64,000 bases of DNA from the NCBI GenBank assembly GCA_049966395.1, contig JBMFUT010000002.1:1-64000 (forward strand). The letters are read 5' to 3'. The DNA comes from Candidatus Micrarchaeia archaeon. GTDB taxonomy: Archaea > Micrarchaeota > Micrarchaeia > Micrarchaeales > CABMGC01. The position numbers and the translations under genes are program-made. Within the stretch, counting starts at the first letter, position 1. Every line of letters begins with the position of its first letter. The notes under the pieces are model-generated. The model searched no databases. It was not told the DNA's origin and saw nothing but the letters and a program-made list of their open reading frames with translations. Shown in pieces: positions 29,553 through 37,039 of this stretch.

Positions 29553-30986
29553 ATGGACGATTATGACATCATAGTTGCAGGGGCAGGCGTTGCAGGCTCC
29601 ATAGCTGCCGCCGCAGCGGCAAAAGGCGGCGCAAAGGTACTACTCCTGGACAGAAACAAGGCTGAAGAACCTGGAAAAAAGACTAACTGGGGCTGGGTGT
29701 GCGGCGATGCCGTAGCAAAAACCCACATAGACCTGATTTCAAAGGAGCTTGGCGTTAGCTTTTCCGAGCCCGAGCTCAATCTAAAGGTAGACGGCGTGTA
29801 CGTGATAAGCCCTGACATGAAAACAAAAGTAATGTTCGAGGGTGTGGGATACAGCCTTGACAGGCCAAGGTTCGCAAAGAAGCTTCTAGACATTGCAATC
29901 AAGAACGGCGCAGAATTCAGGCCTGAATACGAAGTCGAAGGCCCAATAATAGAGGATAACCGAGTTGTTGGAGTATACGGAAAGGATGACAAGAAGAAGG
30001 ACTACAGGATAAGGTCAAAGCTGGTAATAGACGCGCTTGGCATAGCGAGCACGCTCAGGAGGAAGCTTCCGGAAAACGAGTACGTCGAAAGGAACATAAG
30101 CACTGACGACATAGAAGCCACCGGACGCTACATAATGAATTTTGACCAGGTCGCTGAAGACGAAACGTACTACGACCCTAAGAACGCCATAATACATCTG
30201 AACCAGGATTTCGCTCCAGGAGGCTACGGTTGGGTTTTTCCGAAGAAGGGCAAAGTAGTCAACATAGGCATAGGTGTGGAAAACAAGAGCCTTTCTGCAA
30301 GGAACGCCGCAATGGGGAAGAAGGACACGCTCCACAGCCTTATAGACGAGTATGTGGCGTGGAACAAGGCGATAAAGAAGAGCAGTCTTGTAGAAGAATA
30401 CAATAACGGCAAGGGCTATTGGTCTGTAAGCGTAAGGAGGCAGCTTGACAGCCTGGTTTACAACGGTTACCTTGGCGCTGGCGACAGCATGGCGATGCCA
30501 AATCCAATAAGTGCAGGAGGAATAGGTCCCGCAATGACAGGAGGGCTTTTGGCAGGGCAGACGGCAGCGGAAGCGGTATCAGAGGGCAACACTAGCATGG
30601 AATTCACGTGGCGCTACAACGTCAAGTACAACCAGATCTATGGCAACAAGACTGCTGGCCTAGAGGCGTTCAGAATATACCTGCAATCTCTTAACAACGA
30701 CTTGATAAACTACGGCATATCAAACTTCCTTACAAAGGAAGAAGAAGTGCAGATATCGTATGGCATAATACCAGAGATGACTCTCAAGAGCAAGTTGTCC
30801 AAGGCAATAAGCGGGCTCTCTAACATAAGTGCCTTCAAGAATCTCCTCTTTACCGTTTCAGAGATGAAGAAGCTGGACGCGCTCTACAAGAGGTATCCGA
30901 AGAGTCCCAGCGAATTCAAGGAGTGGCACACCGCTGTTAGCGCGGAAATAGCCAAAGTGAACAAGAGGTTCAAGAAGGTTGCTTGA
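29553..30986 (+). CDS. Geranylgeranyl reductase family flavoprotein (DGGGPL reductase-like)
   Basis: GAGVAG FAD motif, CGDA, PGGYGWVFP, GDS...NPISAGGI. Confidence 0.9.
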   Translation: MDDYDIIVAGAGVAGSIAAAAAAKGGAKVLLLDRNKAEEPGKKTNWGWVCGDAVAKTHIDLISKELGVSFSEPELNLKVDGVYVISPDMKTKVMFEGVGYSLDRPRFAKKLLDIAIKNGAEFRPEYEVEGPIIEDNRVVGVYGKDDKKKDYRIRSKLVIDALGIASTLRRKLPENEYVERNISTDDIEATGRYIMNFDQVAEDETYYDPKNAIIHLNQDFAPGGYGWVFPKKGKVVNIGIGVENKSLSARNAAMGKKDTLHSLIDEYVAWNKAIKKSSLVEEYNNGKGYWSVSVRRQLDSLVYNGYLGAGDSMAMPNPISAGGIGPAMTGGLLAGQTAAEAVSEGNTSMEFTWRYNVKYNQIYGNKTAGLEAFRIYLQSLNNDLINYGISNFLTKEEEVQISYGIIPEMTLKSKLSKAISGLSNISAFKNLLFTVSEMKKLDALYKRYPKSPSEFKEWHTAVSAEIAKVNKRFKKVA

Positions 30987-31759
30987 AAGGTGGCTTGTTG
31001 CTAGAGCTGATGCTAAGCGCAGACGGTATTTCTCTCAGCTACTTCCACGAGAAGGCATCCCTTAAAGTTATAGACCGCATTTCATTCAAGGTCTACTCAG
31101 GCGAGTTTCTCTCAATAGTGGGCCCCTCTGGTTGCGGCAAGTCCTCAATGATAAGGATAATGGCGGGGTTGATGGAGCCAACGGCAGGTCGCGTATTTTA
31201 CAAAGGCAAGGAGGTCCACAGCCCCCCAGAAGGCATAGCACTCGTATTCCAAAACTTCGCGCTTCTACCTTGGAAGAACGCACTCGACAACGTCAAGCTG
31301 GCACTAGACAATTTTCCTATTTCAGACAAGGAGAAAACGGAGAAAGCCATGAAGGCGCTGAATGACGTAAACCTAGGCGGTTTCGAGAGCGCATATCCTA
31401 GCGAGCTCAGCGGAGGAATGAAACAAAGGGTGGGTTTTGCAAGAGCTCTTGCCGAAGATCCGGATCTGCTGCTCATGGACGAGCCATTCAGCTCTCTCGA
31501 CGATCTCACTGCCTCGCAGCTGCGCGGAGAGGTTCACCACATACTGAAGGACAAGTCGCTCCCTGTCAAATCGGTTGTGATGGTAAGCCATAACGTTGAC
31601 GAAGTCGTTGAGCTTTCCGATAGGATACTGGTTTTTTCAAAGGCGCCGTCGCACATAGTCGACTCCATACCGGTTAGGATGAAGTACCCTAGGGAAAAGC
31701 AGAGCAGCGAATTTCAGTCTATAGTAAACAGGATATACAAGGATCTATACTCAGACTAG
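30983..31759 (+). CDS. ABC transporter ATP-binding subunit, nitrate/sulfonate (TauB/NitT) family; start may be 31010
   Basis: GPSGCGKS, VFQNFALLPW, LSGGMKQR, LMDEPFS, SHNVDE. Confidence 0.93.
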   Translation: MKGGLLLELMLSADGISLSYFHEKASLKVIDRISFKVYSGEFLSIVGPSGCGKSSMIRIMAGLMEPTAGRVFYKGKEVHSPPEGIALVFQNFALLPWKNALDNVKLALDNFPISDKEKTEKAMKALNDVNLGGFESAYPSELSGGMKQRVGFARALAEDPDLLLMDEPFSSLDDLTASQLRGEVHHILKDKSLPVKSVVMVSHNVDEVVELSDRILVFSKAPSHIVDSIPVRMKYPREKQSSEFQSIVNRIYKDLYSD

Positions 31760-32247
31760 TCCTCCTTCATCCACAGCCTCTGCTTGCCATCGTAGTCTAT
31801 TATGTTGAAGTAAATGGCCCACTGGAAAAGTAGCACGCTTATTGCTGCAGCATTCTCAGAAGGGTTTGCCATGTATATTATACCATTGTTCATGAGCGTT
31901 TCTGAAAGGTCTTCTGTGCTGAATTTACCTTTCTCCACAGAAAGCCTGTATGCGGTTTTGAATGGCTCCACAGACTTCAGCCTTTTGCCAACCTCAGCTA
32001 TCGCTTTATCGCTGTTGGCGTGCATCTCCTTCCCGAGCTTTGTGAGCTCTACATTTTCATCGCTTATTTTAACAAGACCTAAGAAGTCAGCCGCGTTGAT
32101 CTGCGGCCAAAGAAGGTCCACATTGCTTTTTGTCACTTTTGCAATTTCAGCAATGCTCATCTTGGAATTGTTATGAAAAAGCGTCCTTATGAGCCCGTTG
32201 ACCCTGTTTAGCCTGGCATCGGCAGGAAACAGTTCAGTATCGCCCAT
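31756..32247 (-). CDS. Stand-alone AAA-associated C-terminal domain of NitT/TauT ABC ATPases (winged-helix-like)
   Basis: P.DA..NRVNGLI..L...IAEIA...VDLLWP.INAA.FLGLV...VELT.LG pattern. Confidence 0.7.
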   Translation of the reverse strand: MGDTELFPADARLNRVNGLIRTLFHNNSKMSIAEIAKVTKSNVDLLWPQINAADFLGLVKISDENVELTKLGKEMHANSDKAIAEVGKRLKSVEPFKTAYRLSVEKGKFSTEDLSETLMNNGIIYMANPSENAAAISVLLFQWAIYFNIIDYDGKQRLWMKED

Positions 32248-32345
32248 CTAATCCATATTTAATTTACCGCAAAAATATTAAAGAGTAATGCCTTAAGGCA
32301 AGCCGCATAAAATTTATAGTTTTGCAGTGCAATTCATAAATGCGC

Positions 32346-32462
32346 GGCGGGGTAGCTCAGGTGGTTAGAGCGCTAGACTCATATGCTAAGCATGATGAGT
32401 GATGAGCAATTTGCTATGACTAAGAAATCTAGAGGTCGCGTGTTCGAGTCCCGCCCCCGCCA
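32346..32462 (+). tRNA. tRNA with CAT anticodon (elongator Met most likely; Ile2 not excluded), 43-nt intron at 37/38 (32384-32426)
   Basis: Acceptor GGCGGGG/CCCCGCC-A, anticodon stem CTAGA/TCTAG, loop CTCATA|intron|A, T loop TTCGAGT; lacks initiator A1-U72 and the GGG stem. Confidence 0.92.
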
Positions 32463-32474
32463 TAAGGCGTATGC

Positions 32475-32876
32475 ATGGATTTCAGGATAAGAGAAACCGT
32501 AAGGCTATACGACACTGATGCTCAGGGCGTGATGCACTACGCAAGCTACTACAGGCTATTCACCGACGCCATAGACGAATTCAGGAAGAAGGTGCTGCCC
32601 GGGTACTCTCTAACTTCTGCCAGCGTTTCCTTTGTCACTGTAGAATCCCACGCAGAATACCTCAAGCCAGCAATGCTCGGCGATGCTCTTTATGTGAATC
32701 TCTCTCCTAAGCTAATTTCTAGGAAGGCATTGAGGTTCGACATCAGCGTCTACAAAGGCGCAACATTGATATGCAAGGGGCATACTGTGCAGCTGGCAAT
32801 AGACGCAAGTAGATGGAAATCAGTCGAAATTCCATCGGAAATCATTAGCAAGATGGGTCTTCAGAAAAGGCATTAG
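32475..32876 (+). CDS. Acyl-CoA thioesterase, YbgC/4HBT hotdog family
   Basis: VRLYDTDAQGVMHYASY and EYLKPAMLGD motifs. Confidence 0.92.
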   Translation: MDFRIRETVRLYDTDAQGVMHYASYYRLFTDAIDEFRKKVLPGYSLTSASVSFVTVESHAEYLKPAMLGDALYVNLSPKLISRKALRFDISVYKGATLICKGHTVQLAIDASRWKSVEIPSEIISKMGLQKRH

Positions 32877-32883
32877 TAGAATT

Positions 32884-33116
32884 GTGGTGCGCCGTAGCCC
32901 TCCTTCTGTTTTAGGTGGCATTTGACTAAGCGGCTTGAGCCTTGCACGCTCACAGCCTGCGCATCGGTCGTTTCACCCGCACCCGCGCGCTCGTCTTGTC
33001 ATAGCCTAATGCGCGGCAGCGGTGCCGTTTCTGTGCCGAATTATGCTTTACGCAATGCAGGCTCTGCGTGGGAGGAGCTTCCTCCGTTGTGAAACGGTAA
33101 GCCACCCGCGCACCAC
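32884..33116 (-). ncRNA. rnpB: RNase P RNA, compact (about 233 nt)
   Basis: Minus strand: P1 GUGGUGCGC/GCGCACCAC, CR-I GAGGAAGCUCCUCC pairing with CR-V ACAGAAGGAGGGCUA (P4 with bulged U), CR-II ACAGAAA, CR-III UGAAAC, CR-IV UAG..AAUG; TTTATATA box about 23 nt upstream. Confidence 0.93.
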
Positions 33117-33222
33117 GATAACGATTATCCAGTTCAGGTATATAAATTTTCTTTAGGCGCCAGATTTAGACATCGCAAAAGTATAAATAATTAGCATTCC
33201 AAATTCCATCGGTGGCCTCTAA

Positions 33223-33615
33223 ATGGATGTCAAATACGCAATGCTTATGATTGCTGTCCTTTCAACTACGGTTTTCGCATCTAACAGCACAGCCACTTTG
33301 GTCACGAACAGCTACACTCCTCCAAAATACCTATCTGCAGTAATAGGCATACTGCTCATATTGGCAGTAATATTTATAGGCTTCGTTTTCATAAAGGACA
33401 TAATAAAGACCATAGCTGTATTGATAATACTGATAATAGTCGCATCTGTGGCCTACAGCTTCCTCACAACAGGAAGCCTAACTCTTGCTGGTTCCGCAGG
33501 GCTTATAAACAGCATAATAAGCGTTATCGGGGACATAGCCAAGCTTGCGCATCCGGTTTCATCTGTAATAAACAGCACAGCCGCGCCTGTCAGTACTGCG
33601 GCAAATGTCACGTGA
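33223..33615 (+). CDS. Small hypothetical membrane protein
   Basis: Signal peptide plus two hydrophobic helices; GGTGG SD-like element upstream. Confidence 0.7.
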   Translation: MDVKYAMLMIAVLSTTVFASNSTATLVTNSYTPPKYLSAVIGILLILAVIFIGFVFIKDIIKTIAVLIILIIVASVAYSFLTTGSLTLAGSAGLINSIISVIGDIAKLAHPVSSVINSTAAPVSTAANVT

Positions 33616-33617
33616 AG

Positions 33618-33815
33618 CTACGCTTCCGCAAGCTTTATATCTTCTTTTTCGACTGTTTTCCTCTTTGCGTGGGCCGCGAGCTTGACCGCCTTCTTGGCGA
33701 TGCTGTAGGCAAATATGTTGAGTGCCTCTGCGAAATAAGATATGGCATCGTCGCTTATCCTTGTGGCGCCCGCATCCTTTAATATCTTTTTAGCAGCAAG
33801 CCTTGAAATCGCCAT
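33618..33815 (-). CDS. Archaeal histone (HMf family)
   Basis: 65 aa; [16 protein letters not shown] and [17 protein letters not shown] histone-fold motifs. Confidence 0.95.
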   Translation of the reverse strand: MAISRLAAKKILKDAGATRISDDAISYFAEALNIFAYSIAKKAVKLAAHAKRKTVEKEDIKLAEA

Positions 33816-33852
33816 GGAAAACATAGTTATTAATAAAAGAACATTTAAAAAG

Positions 33853-34341
33853 ATGCTCATGGAAATAAGGCGAATCGAAGCCGGTGATGAGGCTGGAATA
33901 ACGAAGCTTGTGCTAGAAATCTACAAGGAAGCCAGCTTCGCCACGACATTTGAAAAAGAGCCCAACCCTGAGGACATAACTTCTATTGTCAAGGAGAAGC
34001 TTTGGATGGTGGCATCAGGCGCCGCCGCCGACTACGTCGCAGTTGAAAGCGGGGAATTGATAGGCGAGTGCGAGGCTATAAAGGACGGATCAACAGGCAA
34101 GGTCGGCATACTTGTTGCAAAAGGTCACAGGAAGAAAGGCATAGGCTCAACGCTGCTGCGCAAATGCGAGGAAGATGCGCGCAAGATAGGAATAACGAAG
34201 CTTGTTGCCGAGATTGCCAGCATAAACAGCGCAGCGATATCGTTTTTCGTAGGCTCCGGTTTTGCTATAAAAGGCGAGGGATACCCGAAAGCCGGCGCCA
34301 TTAATGTGGTGCGTGCAGAAAAGGAAATAGCAAAAGGCTAG
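33853..34341 (+). CDS. GNAT family N-acetyltransferase (start 33853 or 33859)
   Basis: V...[11 protein letters not shown] motif A and N.AAISFF..SGF motif B. Confidence 0.9.
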   Translation: MLMEIRRIEAGDEAGITKLVLEIYKEASFATTFEKEPNPEDITSIVKEKLWMVASGAAADYVAVESGELIGECEAIKDGSTGKVGILVAKGHRKKGIGSTLLRKCEEDARKIGITKLVAEIASINSAAISFFVGSGFAIKGEGYPKAGAINVVRAEKEIAKG

Positions 34342-34961
34342 CGTGCTACAGTGTAATTAAGGAGCAGCTTGCCTCCTACCTGTGATATCAGTACATACTC
34401 GGAATAGTTTGAGTTTGTCGCAGAGTAGTTGACAAGCCACACGCGAGTGTAATTTTCACCCATTATCGAAGTGGCATTGTAGAACTTTGCGTGCACGAAC
34501 ATGTTCGCATAGCCGTATTTGCCTATGAAGTTCTTTATGCTCTTCAATCCTATGTCGTAAGAAGCGGTAATTGCGGCAGGGTAAGATGCAAGAATGTAAC
34601 TTTTGTTCTGCAGCATGCCGTATACTGTGCAATTGCTCGTGTATATGTTGTCAACCCTGTTTATGAAACCGTATTTGGGGTAGTCGAAAGACCAGACGTA
34701 GTAAGAAGGGCAAGGCTTCGTGCTGTTGAAAATCACGGACGCTACTATGTGCCAGCTTCCGGGAAACGCGGAAGGAGTCACGTTTGTTATGTTGGCGTAA
34801 GCAGTAGGATACGCGTCGCTTATGTCGCTTTCTACCGCGGCAATTGCCTGCTGCTCAGTTACGGGCGGCGCAGCAGAGATGCGCGGTATCAAAAAATACG
34901 CGCTCACCAACAATATGGCTATGACCACAGCCGAAATCACTGTTTTGACAAGCAAGTCCAC
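34338..34961 (-). CDS. Hypothetical membrane-anchored surface protein
   Basis: N-terminal TM helix after probable GTG start at 34961, many sequons, Cys pair. Confidence 0.65.
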   Translation of the reverse strand: MDLLVKTVISAVVIAILLVSAYFLIPRISAAPPVTEQQAIAAVESDISDAYPTAYANITNVTPSAFPGSWHIVASVIFNSTKPCPSYYVWSFDYPKYGFINRVDNIYTSNCTVYGMLQNKSYILASYPAAITASYDIGLKSIKNFIGKYGYANMFVHAKFYNATSIMGENYTRVWLVNYSATNSNYSEYVLISQVGGKLLLNYTVAR

Positions 34962-35052
34962 ATTATACCTTCTGTATAAAAATTTAAATACATTGACTGA
35001 TAACAACAAATATGGTCTATGCGTCTTTTTTGGCGCTCCAAGCGATAATTGG

Positions 35053-35820
35053 ATGGATGTCCTTGACAAGATCAGGAAGATAATACTAGGCTACGAGGAA
35101 ATAGGCTCGGTTTCAGAGAATAGCAAGCGCATAGTTGCATACATGGAGAGCGACGGCTCCAAGCTTCTTACTTACGACGGCGTCACTTATTCTAGGATAG
35201 TGCCTGGGCTGTACACGCATTCATACTGGGACTACTTCATACCTTTGGCATACATATACGAAAAACCCAGAGTGCTGCTCATAGGGCTCGGCGGCGGAAC
35301 CACTCCGACGCAGCTTGAAACTTTGCTAGGAAGCGACCTGAATCTTGATGTTGTCGAGATAAGCAGAGGCATGGTAGCGCTATACAAAAAGATGAATCCG
35401 GATTCGAAGGCCAACATAATAATAGCAGACGGGGCCAAATTCGTATCAAGCGTCGAGCCATCCTCTTACAATCTTATAATACTGGATGCCTACAACGGTT
35501 CGAAGATACCAGAGCAGTTTCTGAATGAAGATTTTGTAAATTCGGCATACAGGGCGCTTCTTCCAAACGGGATCCTTGCAATCAACTTTGTGCTTGACAC
35601 AAAGAACATATTGCTATACCACAGTTACATAATGGCACTTGCAAAACACTTCAGCACTTTTACGCTTAGATACAAAGCTTCATCACTCAACGAGATAATA
35701 GTGGCTGCAAAAGGGCTGAGTAAAGATCAGATACTAGAAGGCATTAGGAAGATGCCCACAGGCAGCGAGAACAGGTTCCTGATAGAAGACTATAAGAGAA
35801 TGGATCAGAAGCGCTTCTGA
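35053..35820 (+). CDS. Spermidine-synthase-like class I SAM-dependent transferase
   Basis: VLLIGLGGGT, VVEIS, ADG..FV, IILDAY, L.PNGILAIN. Confidence 0.8.
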   Translation: MDVLDKIRKIILGYEEIGSVSENSKRIVAYMESDGSKLLTYDGVTYSRIVPGLYTHSYWDYFIPLAYIYEKPRVLLIGLGGGTTPTQLETLLGSDLNLDVVEISRGMVALYKKMNPDSKANIIIADGAKFVSSVEPSSYNLIILDAYNGSKIPEQFLNEDFVNSAYRALLPNGILAINFVLDTKNILLYHSYIMALAKHFSTFTLRYKASSLNEIIVAAKGLSKDQILEGIRKMPTGSENRFLIEDYKRMDQKRF

Positions 35821-35891
35821 TATTCGCCAATTGCCAGACTCTAACCAAAGCATATAAGCAAGTGCGTTTCAATCATTTCCTCGGCATTTGC

Positions 35892-36941
35892 ATGGCTGTA
35901 GAAACAAAATCCCCCGCAGTAATCAAGCTCTATGGAGAGCATGCGGTCGTATACGGAAAGTCAGCAATAGCCGCGGCAATAAGCATGTTTGCAAGCTCTT
36001 ATGTTGACGAAAGCCCAGATGGCAAGCTGCACGTGATCCTCAGCGACCTCAATAGGCATTTCGAGATCAGCGCAGACCAGCTTTCAAAATTGTACGAGCA
36101 ATATTCGAATAGGGTTGACATGCAATCTTATGCAGCATCTGCTTCCAAAATAGCGCCAAAGGAAGTACTTCCGTTCGCCACTATAGCCTCTATAATCTCA
36201 AGTGCATACAATGCGGAGCTCGGCATGAGTGTCAAAGTGCGCTCTGAAATACCGATGCAGAGAGGACTGGCAAGTTCAGCTGCATGCTCGACGGCTTTCG
36301 CGCTCTCGTTGCTTAAGTCTTCAGGAATAAGGCTGAGCGACAGCGATGCGATAGAGATTGCCAGGGTGGGGGAGAAAGTGAGCCACATGAGCGAGGGCGC
36401 AGGGAAGATAGACGTAAACACTTCATACTATGGCGGATATGTAAGCAGCATCTCCGGAAGCTTCAAGGTTGAGGATGTTGCGAGCGGAACAGAAGTCGTG
36501 ATAATCGACACAGGGCCCAAGAAGAGCACAGCAGAAACTGTCGGCAGGGTGCGGCAGCTCTACAATGAAAACAAGGTAGTTGCAGAGGAATACTTCGACA
36601 GGATAGACCACATTGCGACAGAGGGACTTTTGGCGCTCAAGTCTGGCAACCTGCGCAGGGCAGGACAGCTTATGACTGAGAACCACGAACTTCTTGGAAA
36701 GCTCGGCGTTTCCTCTGAAGCTCTTGATTCTGCAGTGTCTATCGCGGTGCGTGACGGCGCATACGGCGCCAAGCTCAGCGGCGGCGGAGGCGGCGGGATA
36801 GCAATAGCCCTTGCTGAAAACCCCGACACGTTTGTCATGCGCATGCGGAGCGATGGCATTGCAGCCTACAAGGTACGTATAACCAGCAGAGGCGCAAAGA
36901 GGTACTACAATTCAAGATTGCTGACATCATCCCACGAATAA
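35892..36941 (+). CDS. mvk: Mevalonate kinase (GHMP family)
   Basis: KLYGEHAVVYG, P..RGLASSAA, GAKLSGGGGGG. Confidence 0.9.
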   Translation: MAVETKSPAVIKLYGEHAVVYGKSAIAAAISMFASSYVDESPDGKLHVILSDLNRHFEISADQLSKLYEQYSNRVDMQSYAASASKIAPKEVLPFATIASIISSAYNAELGMSVKVRSEIPMQRGLASSAACSTAFALSLLKSSGIRLSDSDAIEIARVGEKVSHMSEGAGKIDVNTSYYGGYVSSISGSFKVEDVASGTEVVIIDTGPKKSTAETVGRVRQLYNENKVVAEEYFDRIDHIATEGLLALKSGNLRRAGQLMTENHELLGKLGVSSEALDSAVSIAVRDGAYGAKLSGGGGGGIAIALAENPDTFVMRMRSDGIAAYKVRITSRGAKRYYNSRLLTSSHE

Positions 36942-37039
36942 ATTCGTGGGCTTTCTGCTAATCATCTTGTAAATTCTTTCTAGTATCGCTGCGCAAGCAA
37001 TAATAACTTTTATTTGGGATATTCCTTTGATGATGCATA

